Below, in pieces: positions 19,301 through 28,273 of a DNA stretch of 64,000 nucleotides. Origin of the DNA: a virus (Duplodnaviria; Caudoviricetes). Every line of letters starts with the position of its first letter. Position 1 is the stretch's first letter. The translations under genes were made by a program, and so were the position numbers. The notes under the pieces are model-generated. The model saw only the letters and a program-made list of their open reading frames with translations, did no database searches and was not told where the DNA came from. Location of the stretch: IMG/VR virus record IMGVR_UViG_2935124990_000001, positions 1-64,000 of that record. One strand, given 5' to 3'.

Positions 19301-19708
19301 TCACAGAGCGTCAGGGGCGTCCCGGAGTACCTGCATCATGCCGGTCAGGTGCTGGTACTCGTCCGGGCTGAGACGCTCCTCGGCGTGGGAGCTGGTGAGC
19401 ATCAGTTGGAGGAAGTCGAGGGTGGTCCGGTACACGTGGGCGGCGGCCTCGTCGGTGAGGGTCGCCTGGTGCGCGATGAACCAGGCTTCGACGTCCAGGG
19501 CGAGGCGTTGCTGGGGGCTGTCCGGGGCGGCGGTGCGTTCCGGCTGCGGGGGCTGGGGGGTGCGGTGGCCGCGGCTGGTGCGGGTGGTGCGCCGGCCGAA
19601 GGGGATGACTCGGGACCCGTCGCCAACGGGGGGTGTGGCGGGGGCGGGGCCCGGGGGTCCCGGGGTGTGGTGGCCCGCGGGGCGTGCGGGCTCGACGGAT
19701 GAGGGCAT
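19301..19708 (-). CDS. Hypothetical protein
   Basis: GAGGAG upstream; helical C-terminal domain. Confidence 0.55.
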   Translation of the reverse strand: MPSSVEPARPAGHHTPGPPGPAPATPPVGDGSRVIPFGRRTTRTSRGHRTPQPPQPERTAAPDSPQQRLALDVEAWFIAHQATLTDEAAAHVYRTTLDFLQLMLTSSHAEERLSPDEYQHLTGMMQVLRDAPDAL

Positions 19709-20331
19709 GGGGCGTCTCCGCTCCTCGGCATTGGGAAGGGCGGCAACACGATCGCAGTCCGTGCGGCCTCCCCTGGCCGGCTGCCGGTGGCCGGTACCGG
19801 GGGACGTCCACTGTGACACTGATCAGGTCACATGGGTAAGCGTTGACCGGGTTTTGATACCTCTGTGATCACTTTGGGGGTAGGGTCCCGGCCATTTGTG
19901 GGGGTGGGGTGGGCATGAAAAAGCCCCCGGGGTGCGGGGGTTGGTGGGGTGGGCATGCCCATCCGGTGATGGGGATTGTAGACCGGGGGTCGCGTCAGGG
20001 GGTAGGGGTCGGCGGGGGTGGGTTGGGTTGGTGCTGGTGGGGTGTGGGGGCAGGGGCGGAGGCGCTGCGATACCCGGGGTGGGGAGTCGCCTCTGCCCCT
20101 GCTGCCGGACGCGTCAGGGCGTGCGGCATTCCCAGCCAAGGGCTTGGGGATGGTCGAGGGAAGGGGCTGGTCACAGGGTCACTCGTACGTGTGACCGATA
20201 AACCCCTGCAAGGTGCCGGAATCCGGCCGAAAACCCAACCGGCAAGCGGGGCACGCCCGTTGGGCTGACGACCGGCCTGTTCGGCCCCCGGGTCTTCGGG
20301 CCACACACAGGCCCCTGGTAATTTGCTCGCC

Positions 20332-21477
20332 ATGACCCATCCCAGCGCCGACGAAGCGCGCGAAAAGTTGCTCGTGAACCTGACGCCGGAGCTCCGCAGG
20401 GACCTGCGGATCCGGGCGGCGGAACACGGGCTCAACATGCAGGACGCGGCAGCCTCCGCACTGTCCCTCTGGTACGAGACCGCCGAGGCCCCCGAGGTGG
20501 AAACCCGCGGTGCGAAGTCGTGGGGTGTGTTCCTCCCTGCCGGCGGCCCGGAGCGGTTCACGCAGGAGTGCGAGTGCCGCGGCCTCACGAAAGTGCAGGG
20601 CATGGCGCAGGCCATCACCTTGTGGCTGGCCGCTCACCCCTCCCCCGACGAGCGTCTCGTTGCGCAGCCGACGAAGCGGATCCTGGTGGGCAACCAGAAA
20701 GGCGGCGTCGGCAAGACGTTCGTCGCGTCCGGGCTGGCCCAGGCGATGGCGGAGATGGGGCTGCGGGTTCTCCTCGTCGACTACGACCCGCAGGGACACC
20801 TGACGAGCCGCATGCAGATCGACGGCCTGCCCGAGGGCGGCGAGAGCCTGCTGACGCACATGCTGGGTGAGGCGACGAAGCACCTGGCCCGGTCCCTGGT
20901 CGCCCTGCCGCACGAGCGGTTCGGCGGTCGGCTCCACGTTCTGCCCGCGAGCAAGGATGCGTTCCTCATGGACGCCAAGCTGGCCCTGCTCCAGGTCGGC
21001 CGGGACACCTGCCTGGCCCGGGCGCTGGCGCCACTCGAGGACTCCTACGACGTGATCGTGCTGGACGGGCCTCCGAACCTGGGGCTGGCCATAGACCTCG
21101 CAATCAACTACGTGCAGCGCCGGCCGGGTGAGCTCATCGACCACTCAGGCCTGCTGATCCCGGTGTGGTCGGACCGGTCGTCGTTCGACGCGTACGAGAT
21201 GCTCCACTCGCAGATCGCCACGCACTCGAAGATGACGGGGGCGGTGGTCGACGAGCTGGGGTTCGTCGTGAACGCCTACGACGCGCGGAAGGGTGTCGGC
21301 ACCCGGAGCTTCTACGAGGGATGGAACCAGCTGACGGCGCCGGGTGTGCTGGGCACGCTGAAGGACTCGATCGAGGGCCGTGAAGCGTCGGACTACCAGA
21401 TCCCGTTGCTGGAGCATGCTCCGGACTCTCCGCAGGCGAACGTGATGCGGGCTCTGGCGAAGGAGTTGGCAGCGTGA
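20332..21477 (+). CDS. parA: ParA partition ATPase with N-terminal tandem RHH-like extension
   Basis: NQKGGVGKT deviant Walker A, VDYDPQG, DVIVLDGPPNLG. Confidence 0.93.
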   Translation: MTHPSADEAREKLLVNLTPELRRDLRIRAAEHGLNMQDAAASALSLWYETAEAPEVETRGAKSWGVFLPAGGPERFTQECECRGLTKVQGMAQAITLWLAAHPSPDERLVAQPTKRILVGNQKGGVGKTFVASGLAQAMAEMGLRVLLVDYDPQGHLTSRMQIDGLPEGGESLLTHMLGEATKHLARSLVALPHERFGGRLHVLPASKDAFLMDAKLALLQVGRDTCLARALAPLEDSYDVIVLDGPPNLGLAIDLAINYVQRRPGELIDHSGLLIPVWSDRSSFDAYEMLHSQIATHSKMTGAVVDELGFVVNAYDARKGVGTRSFYEGWNQLTAPGVLGTLKDSIEGREASDYQIPLLEHAPDSPQANVMRALAKELAA

Positions 21478-22397
21478 GCAGGAAGCAACCGCCGCCCATC
21501 CCGGTGATCGGGGCGTCGCAGGATTCGTCGCGGGAGGCGGAGCTGCTGGCGTGGGAAGAGAAGGAGCGTCTGCGCCGGCAGCAGCCGGAGGCGGAGCAGG
21601 CTGCTCCTGCGGCGCCGCTGGCGGTTGTCCCGGCCCCGGCAGCGGAACCGGCAGCGGCGGAACCGGCGGTGGGCCTTGAGCGCGACCCGGAGCCTGCCGC
21701 AGCGGTGACGCCGAGGTCCGCCCCTGGGTACCTTGAGATGCCAGCCTTTGCGGAGCCGGACACTGTCGTCCCGGCGGAGCGCCTGGAGTTCTACTCGCGG
21801 GGCATCTTCGCGGTGCAGTACGCGGCGAAGGCGAACCACGAGCGGGCGGAGCAGCAGAAGCTCATCGGGCTCGGGCTGCGGCTCCAGGCCATCAAGGATG
21901 AGGAGCTCCACAAGCACACCGGGTTCGAGACGTTCGGTGCGCTGACGGATGCCCGGTTCGGGATCAAGAAGCATCAGGCGAACAACATCCTGCGCGTTCT
22001 CGGAGTGGCCCAGGCGCTCGAGGACATCACCACCCAGGAGTTGAAGGAGCGCCCGTTGCGGGTGCTGGTGCCGATCCTCGAGACGCATGGCACGGATGCG
22101 GTGCGGGAGACGTGGGCGGAGGCTGCCCGGCACGGCAACGTCACCGACACGTCGTTGAGGGAGGCGGCGAACTTCTTGGGGTACGCGCCGCCGAAGACGC
22201 AGCAGGTTCTCGAGGTGGAGCCTCCGAAGCCGAAGCCGGCACTTGCTCCGGCGGGCAGCGAGCCGGAGCGGGTGGTGGAGCGGCTGCGGGCGCTGGCGGA
22301 GAAGGACCTGGCCGCAGCCCGGCGCGAGGCGGCCGCCCTGGAGGCGGCGGTGCGGGAGTTGGTGGAGGAGTTGGACGGCAACCTCGAGACGGGGTGA
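21474..22397 (+). CDS. Putative centromere-binding partition partner (non-ParB-CTPase type)
   Basis: GTGA overlap with parA; disordered N-terminus; GLRLQAIKDEELHKHTGFETF..RFGIKKHQANNILR HTH-like core; no GxxR CTPase motif evident. Confidence 0.7.
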   Translation: MSRKQPPPIPVIGASQDSSREAELLAWEEKERLRRQQPEAEQAAPAAPLAVVPAPAAEPAAAEPAVGLERDPEPAAAVTPRSAPGYLEMPAFAEPDTVVPAERLEFYSRGIFAVQYAAKANHERAEQQKLIGLGLRLQAIKDEELHKHTGFETFGALTDARFGIKKHQANNILRVLGVAQALEDITTQELKERPLRVLVPILETHGTDAVRETWAEAARHGNVTDTSLREAANFLGYAPPKTQQVLEVEPPKPKPALAPAGSEPERVVERLRALAEKDLAAARREAAALEAAVRELVEELDGNLETG

Positions 22398-22414
22398 GTT
22401 CGGCAGTCTCGTGA

Positions 22415-22486
22415 ACAAGGTGGTGACCAATGGTCACCACCTTGTCGTCGTTCTGACCCGAAGGTGGTAACCATTGGTCACCACTT
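22415..22486. promoter_or_regulatory. Two parS-like palindromes
   Basis: ACAAGGTGGTGACCA-A-TGGTCACCACCTTGT (22415-22445, perfect 15-bp arms) and AAGGTGGTAACCA-T-TGGTCACCACTT (22461-22486). Confidence 0.7.
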
Positions 22487-22517
22487 GCCGAGGGCCTCGC
22501 TTTACCGCGGTAAACGG

Positions 22518-23288
22518 TCACGCCACGTCGAAGATCTGCCGTACGGGCGCGGTCGTGCCGCCGGTGTGCTTGTAGGCGATAGCGGCTTGGCGGGCGCGCT
22601 CGGAGTCGGACAGCTGCGGGCCGGCGGCCTCTTCTTCCGCTGCTGCGACCACGTGGGCGAACTGCTCTTCGGGTTCGCGGGCCGCGGTGCGGATCTGCTC
22701 CTGGCGCGCGGCAGCAACCTTCGGGTCGGCCGGTGGAAGTTCGAGCCGCCGGATTCCGGCGAGGGTGGCCTTGTACCCGTCGCACGCGTTGTCCCGGGTG
22801 TTGACCGGCCGTTCCACAGCGGGCCGTCCGGGCGCGGCCGCCGACGGTGCGGGCTTCGCGGTGATGGGACCGACGGGCAGGACCCGGATGCTGCGCACGA
22901 AGGGCTGCCCGACCTTGTCGTTGATCTGCTTGCACAGCTGTCCACCGAGGAGCCGGAGCTGGGTGGCGTAAGCGGGTGAGGCGGGGCGGAGGTCGAGGCG
23001 CCCGGTTTGGGGGTCGTAGTGGGCGGGTTCGATGCGGCCGACGTACTGGGGGCACAGGGCGGGCCACTGCTCAAGGAGGTCGCCGCCGTTCATGCCGTTC
23101 TGCCAGCCAAGTTCGGTGGTGAGTTGGCCGATGACGTTACCGAGGCCGGCAGGGTCGCGGTGTTCGCCTCGGATGGGGCGTGCGGCGCGAAGGCGGGGCT
23201 TGTTGGCGGGCCGGGTCTTGGCGGCGGCGCGGGCGGCTTGGAGGGCGAGGCGGGCCAGGTCGGCACCGGACGCAGGCTGGGCGGTCAT
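22518..23288 (-). CDS. dciA: DciA (DUF721)-family protein
   Basis: SGADLARLALQAARAAA..RDPAGLG..GW..QW..SPAYATQLRLL..INDKVG..VRSIRV matches actinobacterial DciA. Confidence 0.85.
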   Translation of the reverse strand: MTAQPASGADLARLALQAARAAAKTRPANKPRLRAARPIRGEHRDPAGLGNVIGQLTTELGWQNGMNGGDLLEQWPALCPQYVGRIEPAHYDPQTGRLDLRPASPAYATQLRLLGGQLCKQINDKVGQPFVRSIRVLPVGPITAKPAPSAAAPGRPAVERPVNTRDNACDGYKATLAGIRRLELPPADPKVAAARQEQIRTAAREPEEQFAHVVAAAEEEAAGPQLSDSERARQAAIAYKHTGGTTAPVRQIFDVA

Positions 23289-23950
23289 GCGGTGAACCTC
23301 CTCACGGGAATGCCAGCGGCTGTTGCTCGGCGAATGCAGTCGGCTGTACCGCTGCTGTTGCCTCTCTGGAAGGCGACGAGGATGTCGGCCCCGAGCTGGA
23401 CCATCGCTTCGTTGCGGCGCGGGCCGGCCGTCGGGCAGTAGGACTGTCCGTTGCCCCGGATAGGGCGGTGGCTGTCCGGGCACTCTGGAGCGCAGGGCCC
23501 GGTCCAGTCCGCGGGGTACCGCTCCTGCCGGATGCCGTTCGCGACGGCCCAGTGCCTGGCGAAGAAGTCGGCGCCCTTGTAGCAGTCGCCGTGGACGATG
23601 ACGACGGGGTGTTCGGGGCTGAAGACCTGGGTGGCGTCGTTCCAGGTGTCGCGGAGGGCGTCGTCGAGCCCTTGGACGTCTTCCCATGAACGTGATCCGG
23701 TGACGAGGATGCGGATCTCTCGCAGGCGCGAAGCGACGGTGCGGATGATGTCGGCACCCAGTGCGGTGTTCACCCTCTTCGCCAGTACGCCGCCCGTGAG
23801 GCGGATCTGAAGCAGGTAGGCCCGGCTGGTGCATTCCACGACCAGGCGCCCCAGCTCGGGATCGAAAGCCACGGGCTTGACCTCGCCCTGCTCGTAGGCC
23901 TCGCGCCAGATGGCTGCGATCCACTGGACCATGCTGTCCGTCTCGGTCAT
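23285..23950 (-). CDS. DciA-like domain fused to a SLOG (DUF2493/YspA-like) domain
   Basis: N-term LVVECTSRAYLLQIRL..LAKRVNTALGADII; C-term ILVTGSRSW, IVHGDC.GAD, YPADW, AGPRRNEAM, GTADCIRRA. Confidence 0.8.
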   Translation of the reverse strand: MTETDSMVQWIAAIWREAYEQGEVKPVAFDPELGRLVVECTSRAYLLQIRLTGGVLAKRVNTALGADIIRTVASRLREIRILVTGSRSWEDVQGLDDALRDTWNDATQVFSPEHPVVIVHGDCYKGADFFARHWAVANGIRQERYPADWTGPCAPECPDSHRPIRGNGQSYCPTAGPRRNEAMVQLGADILVAFQRGNSSGTADCIRRATAAGIPVRRFTA

Positions 23951-25365
23951 GCCCACGCCTCCTGGCGGTTTCGGTTTGCGGCGTCCCGGCGTGCGGCGTA
24001 GCAGCAGAGCTTGGTGCCGTAGAGGTCGAGGGCGTCGTCGGGGTCTTCGGCGTAGTGGCGGGCGACCTCGGGCCAGGCGTTCCAGTCGAGGCGGGCGCGG
24101 AGCCGGTCGTCGTCGGTGTACCGGTCGGCGGGGATGTCGTCCGGGTGCGGGGACGGGTCGGACGGCTGGCCGAGGGCGAACAGCGCTTCGAGGGAGGCCC
24201 GGTCGCGGGCGGCGGTGGAGTCCTCGTACGCCACGGAGTGCGTCGGGTCGAAGGTGATGTCGTCGGCCTGGTTGGCGTCCGCGGTGCGAAGGGCGGCGGC
24301 GAGGACCCGGTGGGGGTGCTGGGGGTTCCAGGCGAAGCCTGCGGAGTGCTGGTGCCCGGTCTCGATGGCGAACCGGACGGCCTTGTCCTCGGTCCACTGC
24401 TGTTCGCCCATGTCGGCGCAGATCCACCGGAGCTGGTCGTGGGTGGCGCGGCGGGTCCAGGGGACTGCGCGGCGGATGGTGCGGGCGAGGCGGTCTCCGA
24501 GGCGCATGCCGGGGGCGGTGACCGTGTTGCCGAGGATCGTGGCCCGCTTCTTGCTGCCGCTGTTGGTCTTGGCCGTCTGGGAGGGGGAGCTGGGGGTGGT
24601 TGGCTGCCGCGTCGCGGTAGTAGTTACACCCCCCACCATCTGAGCCTGAACCGCATAGGTGGCTGAGGTAAGGGAAGGGGTCGCACAAGATCGTTTAGCG
24701 AGGTTATCCACAGGGTCCGAAGAGGAGTTGTCCACAGCCGATTCAGCCCGATTCGCACCCCCGGCGACGGAGGCCTCCCGGCGACTTGCGATGGCCCGCG
24801 CCTCATACCCCTCGCCGATGATCCGGTTGCCCATGGCGTGGTCGTAGGCGGCCGGGATCGTCGCGGCGTACACGGTGGCGGTCGCGGCGTACCCGGGGCG
24901 GTTGAGGATGCGCTTGATGTTGCTGCGGGACCCGTGCTGCGCCCACGCGAGCGAGCCGAGCTGGCGGAGGTACTTCACGTGCCGGGCGACGTTGGACCGG
25001 TCGAGGTCGAGCCGGTCGGCCATGTCCTCGAGTCCGTAGCGGACGTGCCCCGTCGAGTAGTCCATGCGCTTGGCGAGGTCCTGGGCGACGGCGAGGGTGG
25101 TCTGGTTGGCCTTGGGGTGGAGGCCGGCGGCGATGAGCCATTCGACGCTGCGGAGCCAGTTGCGGGGTGCGGTGTGCCGGGAGGTGGTGGTGTCGATCTC
25201 CATGGCGGTGGCACTGACGGGCGTCCACTGGGCGGTGGTGGGGCACTGGGTGCCCTGTTTGGGGGCAGACTTTTGCCGCGAATCGCCATCGTTTGCGCGC
25301 TCAAGCTGACAAGAGGGTACGTGGTGCTGCACTATGTAGCTGCCTTCCTGTGAAAGGGAATGCAT
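23947..25365 (-). CDS. Putative replication initiator (winged HTH); start may be at 25203
   Basis: LEDMADRLDLDRSNVARHVKYLRQLGSL wHTH; internal DnaA boxes; position next to dciA and par genes. Confidence 0.75.
   Translation of the reverse strand: MHSLSQEGSYIVQHHVPSCQLERANDGDSRQKSAPKQGTQCPTTAQWTPVSATAMEIDTTTSRHTAPRNWLRSVEWLIAAGLHPKANQTTLAVAQDLAKRMDYSTGHVRYGLEDMADRLDLDRSNVARHVKYLRQLGSLAWAQHGSRSNIKRILNRPGYAATATVYAATIPAAYDHAMGNRIIGEGYEARAIASRREASVAGGANRAESAVDNSSSDPVDNLAKRSCATPSLTSATYAVQAQMVGGVTTTATRQPTTPSSPSQTAKTNSGSKKRATILGNTVTAPGMRLGDRLARTIRRAVPWTRRATHDQLRWICADMGEQQWTEDKAVRFAIETGHQHSAGFAWNPQHPHRVLAAALRTADANQADDITFDPTHSVAYEDSTAARDRASLEALFALGQPSDPSPHPDDIPADRYTDDDRLRARLDWNAWPEVARHYAEDPDDALDLYGTKLCCYAARRDAANRNRQEAWA
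24704..24736 (+). promoter_or_regulatory. Two DnaA boxes inside the initiator gene; candidate replication origin
   Basis: TTATCCACA (24704-24712) and TTGTCCACA (24728-24736), same orientation, in a locally lower-GC linker. Confidence 0.7.
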
Positions 25366-25552
25366 GAAGCCCCGCTTGCGGGGTGTTGGTTCTGGCGAAC
25401 CTGTTAGGTCGCCCGTTCGGATTGGCGTCCGATGGGCCTTAGCTCGGCTTTGGCGAGTCGAGCAGTGGAAGTGGGCCGCAAGGCTCGGAAGGTATTGGCG
25501 TACCGACCGGGGAAGCGGCCAGGCGGTCGAGGAATCTCCCGCCGAGGAAGCG

Positions 25553-25822
25553 CTACGTCACCTGATCTCCTTGCTCGAGCGAGGCCTGCCCAGCGCCCGC
25601 GCGGGCGCTGGAAATCCATGGGATGTCCGGGTGCGGTGAGTACGGGATCCGGCGGGCGGCACGATCGACGGCCCATCCCCGTCCGTTGTTGACCATCGGC
25701 CAACCGCCGGGAATAGAAAGGTCAGCTTCGTGCCAGCTCGTCTCACGACCGGCGACGATCAGCGTCGCTCCGTTGGCCGTGCTGCGTCCGTACCACGGGG
25801 CTGCCTCGGTGGGGTTGTTCAC
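25553..25822 (-). CDS. Hypothetical protein
   Basis: GTGA overlap with upstream gene. Confidence 0.45.
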   Translation of the reverse strand: MNNPTEAAPWYGRSTANGATLIVAGRETSWHEADLSIPGGWPMVNNGRGWAVDRAARRIPYSPHPDIPWISSARAGAGQASLEQGDQVT

Positions 25823-26286
25823 CGCTCGCCCCCCGTCCGGCTCGCCTTGCCGGGCGAGGTCTGCTCCTGTGCCTGTCCGGCAAGGAAGTCGTTGCGGAAG
25901 CCGCCGCGTTCAGCGACCCGCATCATGTCCCGGGACCACCAGGTGGGTCCGTCGGGTCCGTCCACGGTTTCGTTCCAGCCGGGACGGTAGTCGGGGTGGT
26001 GCCGCCACATGCGCGTGAAGAACCGCATGGTGGAGCAGGGGAAGCCGTTGGAGCCGGAGCAGGTATAGCAGCACGCCCGGCTCTTGCCGTCGGGGTCGAC
26101 GTAGGTGGCGTGCAGGCTGACGGCCAGGCGCAGGGACTCGATACGGTCGACCTCCTGCTGCCGGGCGGGCTCCTCGATGCGGTCGGCAGCGGACAGTTCC
26201 TCGGCGAGGCGGGCGTAGACGAAGTCCTCGGCCCTGAATTCCCAGCCGAAGTCCGGGTCGGTCTCGGTGAGGTATCCGGCGCTCAT
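25819..26286 (-). CDS. Hypothetical protein (DUF6221-like)
   Basis: FVYARLAEE..C..C..FPCSTMR..W.HHPDYRPGW. Confidence 0.65.
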   Translation of the reverse strand: MSAGYLTETDPDFGWEFRAEDFVYARLAEELSAADRIEEPARQQEVDRIESLRLAVSLHATYVDPDGKSRACCYTCSGSNGFPCSTMRFFTRMWRHHPDYRPGWNETVDGPDGPTWWSRDMMRVAERGGFRNDFLAGQAQEQTSPGKASRTGGER

Positions 26287-26756
26287 CGCTCGCCCTCCGT
26301 CCAGCCGTAGCCCTCCGCGAGGAGGCGCAGCACGGGGCACGCGTCCTCGTAGCCGAACTGGGTCCACTCGTCGAGGTAGCCGGTGTCGTCCGTGGCAGGG
26401 CAAGAGTGCATGTTGCCGCCGTGGAGTCTCAGGAGCTTCTGATCAGCTTCGCACCGACGCAGCGCGGCCTTCGCCTCGCGGTGGATGGGGCCGTTCTCGG
26501 TCTCGTCATGAGGGCAGGCGGCGGGAAGGCAGTCGCCCCAGAAGGGGCACAGGGCATGGTGGAGTGAGTGCTCCGCATTCAGTTTGGCCCTGATGATGGC
26601 ATCGTTGAGCCAGGCGAGGATGCCCCCTTCCCGAGCGGGCACATCCTCGCCCTCCGTCCCGTCGGGTCCGGGGCACTGAAAGAGAACTTCCATGCGCATG
26701 AACGTGTGCGAGGAGTGCGGCTCCACATAACCGCAGGGCGGCGGTTCGATGGTCAT
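26283..26756 (-). CDS. Hypothetical protein (DUF6221-like)
   Basis: LRRCEADQKLL.LH..CPVLRLLAEGYG. Confidence 0.65.
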   Translation of the reverse strand: MTIEPPPCGYVEPHSSHTFMRMEVLFQCPGPDGTEGEDVPAREGGILAWLNDAIIRAKLNAEHSLHHALCPFWGDCLPAACPHDETENGPIHREAKAALRRCEADQKLLRLHGGNMHSCPATDDTGYLDEWTQFGYEDACPVLRLLAEGYGWTEGER

Positions 26757-27016
26757 GCGTCAGCCTCCAACTGCTCCCACATCCAGGGGGTATGCGTGGT
26801 ATGGCGACGGTGTCTGCCGCAGGTCTTGCAGTGCGGCGGCCAATACCGCTGCTGGGTGAAGGTATGGAGCGAATTCTTCCAATGTCCTTCGATCTGTACG
26901 TGGTCACCTCGGTGCTGGCCGCAGCGGTCGCAGATCCAGTAGCCGTCCGACCAGTCGGGCTGGACAGGGCCTTCGCGGAACCAGTGGTCGGTGATCAGGG
27001 TGCGGTGGGCTTTCAT
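26753..27016 (-). CDS. His/Cys-rich zinc-binding protein
   Basis: Two H..CxxCGxxxxxH units. Confidence 0.6.
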   Translation of the reverse strand: MKAHRTLITDHWFREGPVQPDWSDGYWICDRCGQHRGDHVQIEGHWKNSLHTFTQQRYWPPHCKTCGRHRRHTTHTPWMWEQLEADA

Positions 27017-27417
27017 TACTCGCCCTCCGTTCGGCTGGACACGTTCTCGTAGTGCTCCACCCAGAGCGCCTTGGTGTCCTCTGTCGACCACGCAAGGCGT
27101 GCGCCGCAGGAGCAGCCCACAGAGGACCCGCGCTCGCCCTCGTTGTCGGTCTGCGGCGTGTGGTTCCGCAGAGCGCCCACATGGGTGGGACACAGGTGGA
27201 GCCGGAAGCGGCCGAACGACCGACGGGACTTGACGTCGATTTCCCGGAGCCGTCGACGGCCCGCCTTCACGGACGGCAGCGGCGGGTGGGACTGGTGGGC
27301 GATGCTGTCGACCGTGGACCAGCCGTAAGGGGCCTCGTTGGTCTCGGAGAGGTCGGACACCGTGCAGTGGGCTGCGTCGCACCGGAAGCGGTACGTGCGC
27401 AGCACCTCGGCGGTCAC
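27016..27417 (-). CDS. Hypothetical protein
   Basis: CD..C..HLCPTH; TAATG overlap. Confidence 0.6.
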   Translation of the reverse strand: MTAEVLRTYRFRCDAAHCTVSDLSETNEAPYGWSTVDSIAHQSHPPLPSVKAGRRRLREIDVKSRRSFGRFRLHLCPTHVGALRNHTPQTDNEGERGSSVGCSCGARLAWSTEDTKALWVEHYENVSSRTEGE

Positions 27418-27771
27418 GCGGCGGTGTGGGTAGTGGTGACAGGGCCCGCGTTCGGCGGCGGTGTGATCTTCACGCCGGAACTGTGGGGCCTACTGTCTAC
27501 GGGGGCTCGACCCCGGGTACTCTGCTGCATGTCGGCACCTTCGTGATGGTTGAGTGTCGGCCCGGCCCCACGCCAGATGCGGCAAACATCTGGACCACCG
27601 TGGGGCCGTTCCTTTGTCTGGAGACTCCGTCCGGCCTGGCTCGTTTCTGAGTGGTCGTCTGGCGTCAAGCGCAGCTTACCCGTTCGTCTCGTCACTGTCT
27701 GCCTCCTCGCGGATCGTGTTCGCTCATCGGACTTGTCGTCAGATATGCAGCTCATCGCACAGCCGTACGGG

Positions 27772-27815
27772 CCTGCGGTGTTGTCCTATAGGTTTGCGAC
27801 TTAAATAACCGGATC
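27772..27815 (+). repeat. Left copy of a 44-bp inverted repeat (candidate recombination site)
   Basis: CCTGCGGTGTTGTCCTATAGGTTTGCGACTTAAATAACCGGATC; 42/44 identical to the reverse complement of 42584..42627. Confidence 0.9.
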
Positions 27816-27838
27816 CCGCAACTCCCGGCCAGCACCGC

Positions 27839-28273
27839 TCAAGACGCCCTGGCCAGCAAAAAGGAAGGAGAAGACTCGCCAACCTCGGCCCGCTCCACCC
27901 GGATCGGGTGGACGCCCCCGGTAGTGCCCGGGGGTGCGTCGTCGGGGGCGGTGGTGGTGTCGGTGCGGCGCCCGGTACGGGCCTTCCTTGCCGCACACGT
28001 ACACACCACGCACCGGCAGCCGAGCACGTTGTACCGGTACTCGTCGTGCGGCACCCCCTCCCGCCGCACCTTCGCCCCCACCGTCTTCGCCTCCTTCACA
28101 GCGGCCGCGAACTCCGGGTCCGTGCGCGTGTACCGGGTGGGGACTGCCCGGCTGATCTCCAACTCGTCGGCGGCGTCACCGAGGCGGGCCCCGTGGCGCA
28201 GCAGGTCGAGGTACGCGGCCTGGGCGGCCGGCCCGAACACGGTGGGGCGGCCTCGGCCCCGGGTGGCGGTCAC
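27839..28273 (-). CDS. HTH and CxCxxC zinc-motif protein
   Basis: GRPT..LGDAADELEISR..DPEFAAAV; H..Y..GCRCVVC. Confidence 0.65.
   Translation of the reverse strand: MTATRGRGRPTVFGPAAQAAYLDLLRHGARLGDAADELEISRAVPTRYTRTDPEFAAAVKEAKTVGAKVRREGVPHDEYRYNVLGCRCVVCTCAARKARTGRRTDTTTAPDDAPPGTTGGVHPIRVERAEVGESSPSFLLARAS

Noticed and set aside
19812-19832. TGTGA...TCACA as a CRP/GlxR site
   Set aside because: Spacer is 11 bp rather than 6 bp
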